A stretch of DNA of 64,000 bases, taken from an uncultured Methanosarcinales archaeon (GTDB lineage Archaea; Nanobdellota; Nanobdellia; Woesearchaeales; GW2011-AR9). Below, one piece after another: positions 47,101-55,809 of this stretch (position 1 is its first letter; each line of letters starts with the position of its first letter). The DNA is taken from assembly GCA_964604645.1 (NCBI GenBank), contig CAZRZP010000001.1, positions 9,394 to 73,393 of the forward strand, written 5' to 3'. The notes under the pieces were generated by a model that did not search any database, was not told where the DNA came from, and saw nothing but the letters and a program-made list of their open reading frames with translations. Position numbers and translations under genes: made by a program.

Positions 47101-50100
47101 TTAACTCTTTACCTTCAGTAAGTAATTTAGTTCTTAATACGACAGAAGTAACCACTAATGACACCAATCAAAATATAACCCCTTATTGGACAACAAGTGA
47201 TACTGACGGAACTGATACTGTACGTAACATTACTAACTGGTTATTGAATGGAACTTCAATTACTGTTCTTCATTTACCTTTTGAAGGAAATGTAAACTCA
47301 TCTACTTTAGCTGTAGACTATTCAGGATATGGTAATAATGGGTCTGTTCGTGGACCAGTTTACAACTCAACCGGATTCATCAATGCCACTCCAGGTTTTG
47401 GTTCTTTTGTTGCTACTGGTGCTTTAGAGTTTGATGGAATTGATGATTGGGTTAATGTATCTCATGATAATAGCCTTAGTGTTACAGATGAATTTACATT
47501 GATGATGTGGGTTAGAGATCCAGTAACAGGTTACGGTGCAACTAATTACACCACTCGCTGGGTTACCAGTCAATATAATTCAAGTGACTGTCCTTGGACT
47601 GTAACTACGGGTGCAGATGATGCTATGCGCACAGCTACTTTAGGTTTTGAATTTCCTTTCTTTGGTCAGAACATAAGTGGCTCAGCTACAGTTTATATGG
47701 ATACAAATGGTCGATTAAGTTTTGATGACTCTACCTCTGATTTCAATCCAACTACTGGAGAGATGGATGCGGAGAAGAATATTGCAGCAATCTGGCAAGA
47801 TTATGGTGGAGCTGCTCAAAACCATGAACATATTTGCACTAACCAGGGAGATGCTCCTGAAAAGTGGGCAGCTTTTCTATGGAACAGCACTTTTTATAAT
47901 AATGACGGAACCGTGGAAACCGAATTAGTTCTCTTTCAGAATGGCAGCATCTTATCTCGTTCTGGAACAATTGCTGCACACACTGACGATTGGATAAGGG
48001 GTTTAAGTAACGGATCTGATTATCATTATGAATTTAAAAGTGCAATTTTAGCTAATGAGTCTCAAAATGCATTTTTCTGGGATTTAATTTATCCTGTGGA
48101 AGTAGCAGCAGCAGATGAACCGTTACCGGAACGTTCATTAATCAACAAAAATTACAGCTATACTTTGCAAATGCGGAACATGACTGTATGGGGTTTCATA
48201 AATGGCAGTACATTAACAAATGTTTCAGTGGAAATTACTAAAAACTGGACGCATTTAGCCATGACTTTTAATTCAACCGATCTTACTCTTTTTAAAGATG
48301 GCAAATGGAATGATAGCATAAGTATAACTGCTAAAGTAAAACCTAATACTACTGATGTAGTTATCGGCGAATTAATTAATGGTTCGATTGGTGAAGTATT
48401 TATTTTCAATCGTAGTTTATCAGCACAACAGATAAATGCCTATTACAAAAACAAAACAATTATCCATTCAGAAGAAACTACAACTGGTCAGAACTGGACA
48501 GTTGATGTTACACCAAATGATGGTTATGAAGATGGAACCACTGTTAGATCGGATCAATTAATTACTTTAGGTGCTGCTGCCGCAGGAAATACTGTTCCAA
48601 CAATAGATTCGATTGGAATTAATTCAACCGATGTTCTTAGGAATGATACTTCTCAAAATGTTACTGCTAACGTAAGTTCAAGTGATGATGACGACGATGA
48701 TATAAAATTAGTTTACAACTGGCTTCATAATAATTCTCCTTACGCTGTTCTCAACATGCCTTTTGAAAGAGTTAACGGAACGTCAACAGATAATGGTTGG
48801 GATTATTCCGGTAATGCAAATAATGGTTCAGTAACTGGAGCTACTTGGAATTCTTCGGGTGGTTATGATGGTTCAGATAGTTATGTTTTTGATGGAATTA
48901 ATGACCGAATTGTAATTCCAGATAATGTAACCTTACGTCCAGGAACAACAGAATGGACGGTTGCTGCTTGGATTAAACCACCTAACTTGGATCAAAATGG
49001 TCCTTTCATTGCAAAAAGGTTGGCTAGCGGAACGTTTAACCAGATGCAACTTCTTGTTGGCACCATAGGTGGGGGTGGTTCTGTAACTGCGAGTAAAAGA
49101 GTATCTGTAATACTTAGAGAAGGAGCTTCAGGAAATTGGTGGTTTTATACTTCAAGTGATGTAGCAGATGGAGAGTGGCATCATGTTGCTTTTGTAAGAG
49201 AAACGGATGAAAGTGATAACGCTTTGTATATAGATGGTACTGCAGCTTCTTTAACTCAAGCAAAAAACGATGGAGGTACAATTCAAGATATTGACAACAC
49301 TCAACCATGGACAATTGGAAATGATAATGCTGCTGTCTATTACAACGGTTCAATTGATGAAATCTTGATATTTAATCGGTCTTTGTCGGCTCAACAAATA
49401 GCGGCAATTTATAGAAATGAAACTGACATCATTGTTTCACAAGAAACTACTCCTGGAGATAATTGGACTGTTGAAGTAACGCCTAATGATGGTACTGAAG
49501 ACGGTTCTTTCTCTAGATCAAATCAAATAATAATTAACAGACCTCCCACAATTGACACGATTGGTTTGAACTCTACAAATTTAGCAATTAATGGAACAGA
49601 TCAAAATCTTACTGTTAATGTTAGTTATACTGATATAGATGGGGACAAAGTTAAATTAATTTACAATTGGCTTGTCAATGGTTCTCCACAACACTTATTC
49701 AACATGCCATTTGAGAGAGTTAATAGTACTTTAACAAACAACGCTTATGATTATTCTACGTATGCTAATACTGGGACAGTTTCCGGTGCAATTTGGAACA
49801 GCAGCGGAGGTTTTGATGGCAATGGTTCCTATGATTTTGGAAAAGGTGGAGTTGCAATGGTGGATATCACCTTGGGAACTCACTTATATCTCAATAATAG
49901 TTATGATGAATTTACAACCATGGCCTGGGTCAAAACTGATGATAACTCAAAAACATATCAGTGGATTTTTACTCAGCATTCGGGGAATACATTTGGTGAA
50001 AAAAGAGTGGGTCATGGTTTGATGTTTTGGAATAACGATCTTCTTTTTGTAATCTCAAATGATACTGCTAATGTAAATAGTGATACAGCTAGAGTAAATA

Positions 50101-51203
50101 ATGTAATTACTGAAAATAACACTTGGTACCATGTGGCTGGTAGAGTAAACACAACTAATGTTTCAGTTTTCCTTAACGGTGAATTGCAGGCAGTTGTACC
50201 ACGAGCCAGAAGCCCACATAAATCTGGAGATTTAAATATTGGCGGAGGCGGGGTGGCTTCTTCTCAATTTAATGGATCTGTCGATGAAGTCTTACTTTTT
50301 AACAGAAGTCTTTCCCTAGAACAGATTCAGGCAATTTTCAAAAATCAATCCACTGTAATTGTCTCTCAAGAAACAAGAGCTCATGAAAACTGGACTGTTG
50401 AAGTAATTCCCAATGATCGAATAGCTGACGGAGAATCTGCAATCTCAAATCAATTAGTCATAATAAACAGCCCTCCGACAACTCCTCATCTTAACCTTAC
50501 TCCTGTTAATGGAACTTCTATTACCAACAGGACACCAACAATGAGCTGGTCAAATTCAACAGATGATGATGGAAACCAAATAACTTATCATATACAAATT
50601 GACGACAATTCAGCTTTTAATAACCCGGAGGTGAATGTTTCATCAATCTCAACTGATCCTGGAAAACCAAATGTAACTTATTACGTCGATACGGAATTAG
50701 ATGTTGATGTAGTCTATTATTGGAGAGTAAGGGCAGAAGACAATACTGAATTTGGGGAGTTTACCGGAGAAAATAATTTCACGGTTGATTCATTAATCTC
50801 ATTTTCCTTGCCAACCAGCACCATAGAATGGGGTTCTCAAGCTCCAAATCAGGAAATAACCACTGCTGACGGAACTCCAGCGCCAATGAGGGGAGAAAAT
50901 ACTGGAAACATCCTTTTGAACGTTTCAATAAACGCTACACAATTATTCAACGGGACTGCTCTAAATAATAGTGCATATCAATTCATGATTCGTGAAAATT
51001 TAACTAGTTCCTATAATTTAACTCTATCAGCTGGTAATTGGACGAATATGTCTAAAAGATTACACAGCGTCGTACATGTAGTTAGATTAAATTGGCAGAA
51101 TGTAAACGACGATTTCCTGTTCGACTTAAATTTAACCATTCCGTCAGATGAGAGGGCAGGAACAAAAACATCAATAATAGATTTTACGGTGGAACAAGGA
51201 TGA
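44148..51203 (+). CDS. giant (2351 aa) type-II-anchored surface glycoprotein with repeated Ig-like plus LamG_3 (concanavalin-A-like lectin) modules and a C-terminal FN3-like domain
   Basis: Basic cytoplasmic N-terminus, then a single TM 'LLSSIVIIVILAGFTFLLF'. At least four LamG_3 units, each with the lead-in 'L.MPFE...DYSG.GNNGSV.G' and the ending 'FNGSIDE(V/I)LIFNRSLS..QI.AIY+N.T'. Interspersed 'PPTI(N/D)SIG.NSTD' Ig-like segments. FN3-like 'TPTMSWSNSTDDDGNQITYHIQ...YYWRVRAEDN'. Very many N-x-S/T sequons. Confidence 0.75.
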   Translation: MSKQKVSESTKRKRSVTRRKTSTNWTSRKKEVDSRLKLLSNPKVPTCPTEKSIIPHEKIKSEGNIWLLSSIVIIVILAGFTFLLFDPSITGAFSTAGFGILLTDETDDLVTFYDEFLDGLTNKTRWYNSTSLTSMHFIEDQIIINTSLANNAGDGSIITTQNLTMHSFNITANVSLQNTSSTFSVDSYTRITVATFDQITLFPETTCSLFLEEASSGAYALYFGNSTTSNPPPTIISSTLSDFGNNLSGLLNMEFKNETNMVNCTFTAGDNSVTIGGVSNDLGHGYGVGIFAELGFQGEGDPSGDLNATVYDFNYSLAPAEVVNTPPTINSIILNTTDVNLNDTEQNVTLYIDGIDSDGDTLRNFTTWILNNSPLMEFYVPFEPSGELNATDYADFDSNGSAVGGSPFWNSTGGHDGGGAWRFPGGSDTILLADGNFPDIGAGNYTLDVWIRLNTTANYKTIFSHNNFDPGFYVHQGSLIVYDGGDITGDTGLGFTDDLWHHAAFVRNSTGTNGLNFYLDGEPAGVATHSASFPAMTDLRVGWSSAGNENFDGHIDELKWWNIPLTLQQIQAIYRNGTNIIVSSETTAGQNWTADVTLNDGTGDSATARSNQLIITDGGGAPAGSGTLSINRTFPYLNSTSRKQNETFNMTYNLSCADDDCSDISVSLEFNPLNNSNFEYGINGWETGGDGEWFATETFPQDSAASTQSGAISDNEITWINQSVYVNQSAQLVFYWNVSSENTFDYLLWCPDAPSCTRTAGYESRISGSTAMAKVTYDLTAGAHQLIWKYAKDSSNPVGADAGWVDNITVFSRVPNGTNASPFKTMVTNIQNKTYSSCLGSLSVDGSCTFAFIINSTGQINESHDLRVSVTSSDSGVDAINTTILNVTINNSAPASPDTTPPLLYVDFPENNTKYGRERVWLNFTVSDETELDQCWFTIFNGSNSTLGGCSNISFTPGRGPFNLTIYANDSSNNLNITGPINFSINSLPSVSNLVLNTTEVTTNDTNQNITPYWTTSDTDGTDTVRNITNWLLNGTSITVLHLPFEGNVNSSTLAVDYSGYGNNGSVRGPVYNSTGFINATPGFGSFVATGALEFDGIDDWVNVSHDNSLSVTDEFTLMMWVRDPVTGYGATNYTTRWVTSQYNSSDCPWTVTTGADDAMRTATLGFEFPFFGQNISGSATVYMDTNGRLSFDDSTSDFNPTTGEMDAEKNIAAIWQDYGGAAQNHEHICTNQGDAPEKWAAFLWNSTFYNNDGTVETELVLFQNGSILSRSGTIAAHTDDWIRGLSNGSDYHYEFKSAILANESQNAFFWDLIYPVEVAAADEPLPERSLINKNYSYTLQMRNMTVWGFINGSTLTNVSVEITKNWTHLAMTFNSTDLTLFKDGKWNDSISITAKVKPNTTDVVIGELINGSIGEVFIFNRSLSAQQINAYYKNKTIIHSEETTTGQNWTVDVTPNDGYEDGTTVRSDQLITLGAAAAGNTVPTIDSIGINSTDVLRNDTSQNVTANVSSSDDDDDDIKLVYNWLHNNSPYAVLNMPFERVNGTSTDNGWDYSGNANNGSVTGATWNSSGGYDGSDSYVFDGINDRIVIPDNVTLRPGTTEWTVAAWIKPPNLDQNGPFIAKRLASGTFNQMQLLVGTIGGGGSVTASKRVSVILREGASGNWWFYTSSDVADGEWHHVAFVRETDESDNALYIDGTAASLTQAKNDGGTIQDIDNTQPWTIGNDNAAVYYNGSIDEILIFNRSLSAQQIAAIYRNETDIIVSQETTPGDNWTVEVTPNDGTEDGSFSRSNQIIINRPPTIDTIGLNSTNLAINGTDQNLTVNVSYTDIDGDKVKLIYNWLVNGSPQHLFNMPFERVNSTLTNNAYDYSTYANTGTVSGAIWNSSGGFDGNGSYDFGKGGVAMVDITLGTHLYLNNSYDEFTTMAWVKTDDNSKTYQWIFTQHSGNTFGEKRVGHGLMFWNNDLLFVISNDTANVNSDTARVNNVITENNTWYHVAGRVNTTNVSVFLNGELQAVVPRARSPHKSGDLNIGGGGVASSQFNGSVDEVLLFNRSLSLEQIQAIFKNQSTVIVSQETRAHENWTVEVIPNDRIADGESAISNQLVIINSPPTTPHLNLTPVNGTSITNRTPTMSWSNSTDDDGNQITYHIQIDDNSAFNNPEVNVSSISTDPGKPNVTYYVDTELDVDVVYYWRVRAEDNTEFGEFTGENNFTVDSLISFSLPTSTIEWGSQAPNQEITTADGTPAPMRGENTGNILLNVSINATQLFNGTALNNSAYQFMIRENLTSSYNLTLSAGNWTNMSKRLHSVVHVVRLNWQNVNDDFLFDLNLTIPSDERAGTKTSIIDFTVEQG

Positions 51204-52414
51204 AACGAAAAATAATATTTATTTGTATTTTATTAATACTAATAAGTTCAGTTTACGCAACTGGAATTAGGCCTGCTAAAACTGAATTAGCGTTTGATGA
51301 AACTAAATATATAAACAAAACAATTTGGGCTATTAATAATGACTATAATGGTTTGGATCTGAGTATATCTGTACAAGGAGAAATTGCTGAATATGTAAAC
51401 CTACATACTACCAAGCTTACAATCCGTGATGATGAAGATGCTAAACCAATTAACTTTGAAATTAGTTTACCTCCTTCCATACCGCCTGGGATTTCAACTG
51501 CTTATATTGTTGTTGAAGAAAAATCAATTCATGGTGAAGGGAGTAGCGTGTCAAGTAGAATTTTATTGAAACATAAAATTATTGTTGAAGGCCCTTATCC
51601 TGAGAAATATGTGAAAGCGAAAGTTAATTTTCGGGATACTGGAGATACTATTATGTTTGTGTCTGAAGTTGAGAATTTCGGAACTAAAGATTTGGAGAAC
51701 GTTTACACCAACTTTTATGTAAACGATAAATTATCAAAACAACAGAAACCTTCAACTGAAGGTACATCATTGAAAACTAATGAAAATAAACTTTTAACTA
51801 CTTCCCTTCCCAAGACTTTATTTGATTTGGGTGAATATGAAGTTTCTGCAGTAACTCATTTTGATGGCCAGCAAGTTGAATTACTTAAGAAATTAAGAGT
51901 TGGAAAACCAGATGTTGACGTAACATATTTTGACAAATACTTTCAAGCTTATGAGTTAAACCGGTATGCTATGGATCTATTAAATAAATGGAATCGGGAA
52001 ATAAAAAATGTGTTTGTTGATGTTGAAGTTCAAAAAGACGAGAAAAAAGTTGATTCATTCCGAACTAAATCTGTTGATCTTCCAGCTGAAGTGTTAAAGA
52101 GGATTGAAGATTATTTAGATGGCAGAGAAAAATCTCCTGGAGTTTATACATTCAAATTAATTGTAAACTTTTGGAACGATATTAGGATGGAACAGAAAGA
52201 ATTCTTATTTGATTCTGAATTTCTTGAACCGGGCATTGAACTTCCAGAAAGAAACGCCCTTTCTGGAGCAGCTACACAAACAGAATTAAATGGAACATCA
52301 TTTTCATGGCTTCCATGGATAATCATTACTCTTTTATTACTTTTAATTACTTCGTATGTTGTCTACAGGTACATTAATCGAGAAGAATATGAAAGAGGGG
52401 GCGACGTTTTTTAA
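51200..52414 (+). CDS. secreted beta-rich protein with signal peptide and C-terminal TM anchor (paralog of 54673-55809)
   Basis: 'MKRKIIFICILLILISSVYA' signal. C-terminal 'WLPWIIITLLLLLITSYVVYRY' plus a short tail. ATGA overlap with the giant gene stop. Confidence 0.5.
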   Translation: MKRKIIFICILLILISSVYATGIRPAKTELAFDETKYINKTIWAINNDYNGLDLSISVQGEIAEYVNLHTTKLTIRDDEDAKPINFEISLPPSIPPGISTAYIVVEEKSIHGEGSSVSSRILLKHKIIVEGPYPEKYVKAKVNFRDTGDTIMFVSEVENFGTKDLENVYTNFYVNDKLSKQQKPSTEGTSLKTNENKLLTTSLPKTLFDLGEYEVSAVTHFDGQQVELLKKLRVGKPDVDVTYFDKYFQAYELNRYAMDLLNKWNREIKNVFVDVEVQKDEKKVDSFRTKSVDLPAEVLKRIEDYLDGREKSPGVYTFKLIVNFWNDIRMEQKEFLFDSEFLEPGIELPERNALSGAATQTELNGTSFSWLPWIIITLLLLLITSYVVYRYINREEYERGGDVF

Positions 52415-52481
52415 GGTTTGTTACTTTGCAGTTAACACGAGCTTTTATAAACTTTTTTCAATCTTTTAATTGGGATAGACA

Positions 52482-52763
52482 GTGGCAAGGAAAAAGAAGG
52501 TGAAGAAAGTGGTTTCCGTTGTGGATAAGAGTTCTAACACTGTTGTTGCCGTCTTATTAATTTTGGTTATTTTAGCTAGTTTAGTTAGCCTGTTATTAAT
52601 TCCACAAGCTGCAAATAGTGCTACTCCAAAAAAAGTAAACGATATCTCAACTAGTAAGGGTGAAGTTAGTATTGAAATTCTAAGTCCCGGTCAAAATCCA
52701 ACAGGGGATTTTCCTTCATCAACAGGTGAAGTTTCAATTCAAATAAATAAAAAGGGCGAGTAA
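52482..52763 (+). CDS. small N-terminally anchored or pilin-like protein
   Basis: 'KKKVKKVVSVVDKSSNTVVAVLLILVILASLVSLLL'. It shares the 'S-N-x-(I/V)-V-x-x-L-L-(I/V)-(V/L)' N-terminal motif with the next two genes. Confidence 0.35.
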   Translation: MARKKKVKKVVSVVDKSSNTVVAVLLILVILASLVSLLLIPQAANSATPKKVNDISTSKGEVSIEILSPGQNPTGDFPSSTGEVSIQINKKGE

Positions 52764-52765
52764 AT

Positions 52766-53644
52766 ATGGCAGACGTTTCCAATAATATTGTTGTTGGGCT
52801 ACTTGTTGTGGCTCTTGTTTTAACTATCACTAGTACTGTAGTTAGCTTACAGAAATTAAGTGTACTTGAAGGTAGTTTTAGTCTTCTCACTGGTGCTGCA
52901 ACTACTACTGCTTCAGGAGATTCTAATATAACAATTACTTCGGTAACTTCTATTAAAAATCATAATGCCTCTTTAGGTTTCGGTTCTGGTAATATCAATG
53001 CTACTTGTGATTATTGTCAAATAATTATGGAAGGGTCGGTAATTGATGCATTTTCAAATGGTACGAATGTTGCTAAAATGAATACCCAAGCCAATATTAA
53101 CTGTTGCGTTGGTTTTACAATACCAGGAAACGGATTTATTATAGAAAATATTGGTAACACTAACCTTTCTGTTGGATATACTTGTTCCGAATTGGATGGG
53201 GAGACTAACGCCGCTGGGAATTGCACTTTTAATCATTTTATCGGTGGAACAATTCCAAGTAGCCAAGGGGGTATAAGCTTTAGAATTGAAGCTGAAAGTG
53301 ATAGCTCATTATCTGCTGATGTTGGTACTGATAGTGCAACTGATACAGAATCTTCTTGTGCTGGTGGAGGGAATTATCCTGGCGTTGAAATGTGGAATGC
53401 CACTAATGATAGTGCTTATGGCAATGTTCCTTCAGCCGCAGCTTTTGAAGGTCTTGGAGGAACTGTATTTCACCCTCTTCAACTTTATCATTGGATATGT
53501 GGTAACGCAACGCAGTATCCTTTAGACTCTGGCGCAGATCGTGATGCTGGAGTTATGACTTTTAACGTTACTATTCCGTCTAGTGCCCCATCTGGCCTAG
53601 GTATCAGAGCATTTTTATTAAATTTTAATGGAACTTCTAGTTAA
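52766..53644 (+). CDS. secreted or anchored Cys-containing glycoprotein, tandem paralog A
   Basis: About 60% identity to 53764-54639. N-terminal 'SNNIVVGLLVVALVLTITSTVVSLQKLS'. Conserved C-terminus 'PSSAPSGLGIRAFLLNFNGTSS'. Many sequons. Confidence 0.5.
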   Translation: MADVSNNIVVGLLVVALVLTITSTVVSLQKLSVLEGSFSLLTGAATTTASGDSNITITSVTSIKNHNASLGFGSGNINATCDYCQIIMEGSVIDAFSNGTNVAKMNTQANINCCVGFTIPGNGFIIENIGNTNLSVGYTCSELDGETNAAGNCTFNHFIGGTIPSSQGGISFRIEAESDSSLSADVGTDSATDTESSCAGGGNYPGVEMWNATNDSAYGNVPSAAAFEGLGGTVFHPLQLYHWICGNATQYPLDSGADRDAGVMTFNVTIPSSAPSGLGIRAFLLNFNGTSS

Positions 53645-53763
53645 TTATTATTATTATTCCACTTTTTCTTTTGTTCATATCTTGTCGCTACTCTCAAGTT
53701 TAGATGAACATTTATATTCTCTATCTCTCTTATTACAACAAATACTACTGATTTAAATCAAAT

Positions 53764-54639
53764 ATGGCGGAGTTTTCAAATAATATCATTGTGGGATTGC
53801 TAGTGGTGGCTCTTGTTTTAACGGTTACCAGTACAGTCGTGAGTTTACAGAAATTGAGTATACTTGAGGGGGGGTTTGAATCTCTAACTTCTGCTGCAAC
53901 CACAACTGCAAGTGGAGATTCAAATATTACTATTAATTCAGTTACCTCTATAAAGAACCATAATTCATCTTTAGGGTTCGGATCCGGTAATGTTAACGCA
54001 ACATGTGATTTCTGCCAATTAACAATGAATGCTACTACAATTGATGGGTTTTCAAATGGTACAACTGTCGCAAGATCTACAACAATAGACGATAGTCTTT
54101 GTTGTGCTGGTTTTACATCTATAGGTTATGGCTTTGTTATTGAAAACATTGGGAATACTAATTTATCGGTTGGTTATACTTGTTCCGAGTTGGATGGCGA
54201 GACTAACGCTGCAGGTAACTGTACTTATGCTCATTTTATTGGAGGTACTATACCAGCAGGCCATGGAGGTATAGGGATTAGAGTAGATGGCGAATTTAAC
54301 CTTGGTGCAGATATAGGTACTGACTCTGCACTTGATACTGTTGAATCTTGTGCTGGTGGAAGTACTAGTTATGTTGGTGTAACTGGTTGGAATATAACTA
54401 ATGCTAGCGCTTACGGAAGTGCTCCAGCAGGAGCCCAGTTTGAAGGTTTAGGAGAAGGCTTATATGCTCAGCTTGGTCTTTACCATTGGTTGTGTGGTAA
54501 TGTAACACATTTTCCTTTAGACTCAGCTGGTGATAGAGACGCTGGGATAGTAAGGTTAAATGTTACAATTCCAAGTAGTGCCCCATCTGGTCTAGGTATT
54601 CGGGCATTTCTATTAAATTTTAACGGAACTTCATCGTAA
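53764..54639 (+). CDS. secreted or anchored Cys-containing glycoprotein, tandem paralog B
   Basis: Paralog of 52766-53644 with the same termini and Cys spacing ('NATCDFCQL', 'LCCAGFT', 'YTCSELDGETNAAGNCT'). Confidence 0.5.
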   Translation: MAEFSNNIIVGLLVVALVLTVTSTVVSLQKLSILEGGFESLTSAATTTASGDSNITINSVTSIKNHNSSLGFGSGNVNATCDFCQLTMNATTIDGFSNGTTVARSTTIDDSLCCAGFTSIGYGFVIENIGNTNLSVGYTCSELDGETNAAGNCTYAHFIGGTIPAGHGGIGIRVDGEFNLGADIGTDSALDTVESCAGGSTSYVGVTGWNITNASAYGSAPAGAQFEGLGEGLYAQLGLYHWLCGNVTHFPLDSAGDRDAGIVRLNVTIPSSAPSGLGIRAFLLNFNGTSS

Positions 54640-54672
54640 GGTTTATATTGTTCTTTTTTTTCCTTATTTTTA

Positions 54673-55809
54673 ATGAAACGGGTTATTTTTGTTGTTGTAC
54701 TGTTCTTACTAAGCTTCCAAGTTTTTTCAATAGGCTTGGCAACTTCTAAAATAGAAATTCTTAATTACGTTCCTGGAACTTCTCAAACAATGGGTTTTCA
54801 AGTGATGGGAACAAGCTCTGATGTTGATATTCAAGTGTCTCAAGGCCCTCTTAATAATGTTGAAGTGACTGAATTAAATGAACAAAATAAATTTCATGTA
54901 ACTTTCAATTTTGATGAAACTTTTATTGAACCTGGCGATTACATCCTCGCAGTTACTGTTAAAGAGAAACCAAATCTTCTTTCTGGTGGAGGAATGAAAG
55001 CCCTTACCTCAGTTTCAAAGAGAATTAAGATGCGAGTACATAGTTATGAAAAAGATGTACAGATTAGTTTATCAACCCCTAAAATAAACAAAGGTTTTCC
55101 TTTACCGGCTACTTTAAACGTGCAAAGTGTAGGTTATCCAGATATCGATTCTGTTGGGGGAACTATTTCTATTTTTGACAAAGAGGGAAATCTATTGGAA
55201 TCAATCACCACTGAAAAGAAGCCTTTGCCTAGCTTATCTAGTGTTTCTTTTTCCCACACATTTCAAACTCAAAACCTTCAAAAGGGCACATACTTTGCAA
55301 CTGCTGAAGTAACATATGATGGGAAAAAAGAAAATACAACCTCAAATTTCTTAATTGGAGATTTAGATCTTTCGTTAGTTAAATATTCAAACAAACTAAA
55401 TAGAGGTTATAATAATTTTAATGCTACTGTGGAAAACAATTGGGGTAATCCTGTTGGAAATATTTATGCTAAATTATTTTTTAGTGAAAAAGAGGTGCTA
55501 CATACACCCACAATATCTCTTCCAGCCTGGGAGCAGGGAATTCTAAGAGGAATAATCAATATTGATTTAGAACCTGGGAAACACTCAGCAATTTTACGTC
55601 TTTTCTTTGAAGGTAATCAAAAAGATGAGAATATTACTCTTGAAATATTGGAACAAACTGCCACGCAGGTATCTTTGCCAAAACTAAACAAACCAAGCAC
55701 TTTATATTTTCCTTACCTTGCGGTTTTAGGTGCGATAGTTATGATATTAATTCTTTTTTTTATTTGGAAGGGAGGAATGTTTAACAATGATAACAAAAAG
55801 GAAATTTAA
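54673..55809 (+). CDS. secreted beta-rich protein with signal peptide and C-terminal TM anchor (paralog of 51200-52414)
   Basis: 'MKRVIFVVVLFLLSFQVFS' signal. C-terminal 'LYFPYLAVLGAIVMILILFFIWKGG'. Shared 'Y..A.VT.DG' motif. Confidence 0.5.
   Translation: MKRVIFVVVLFLLSFQVFSIGLATSKIEILNYVPGTSQTMGFQVMGTSSDVDIQVSQGPLNNVEVTELNEQNKFHVTFNFDETFIEPGDYILAVTVKEKPNLLSGGGMKALTSVSKRIKMRVHSYEKDVQISLSTPKINKGFPLPATLNVQSVGYPDIDSVGGTISIFDKEGNLLESITTEKKPLPSLSSVSFSHTFQTQNLQKGTYFATAEVTYDGKKENTTSNFLIGDLDLSLVKYSNKLNRGYNNFNATVENNWGNPVGNIYAKLFFSEKEVLHTPTISLPAWEQGILRGIINIDLEPGKHSAILRLFFEGNQKDENITLEILEQTATQVSLPKLNKPSTLYFPYLAVLGAIVMILILFFIWKGGMFNNDNKKEI

Noticed and set aside
44148-51203. DNA-level tandem repeats within the giant gene that might indicate assembly collapse.
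   Set aside because: The LamG units are similar at the protein-motif level but clearly diverged at the nucleotide level. Compare 48390-48430 with 49350-49390. Nothing suggests a collapsed identical repeat.
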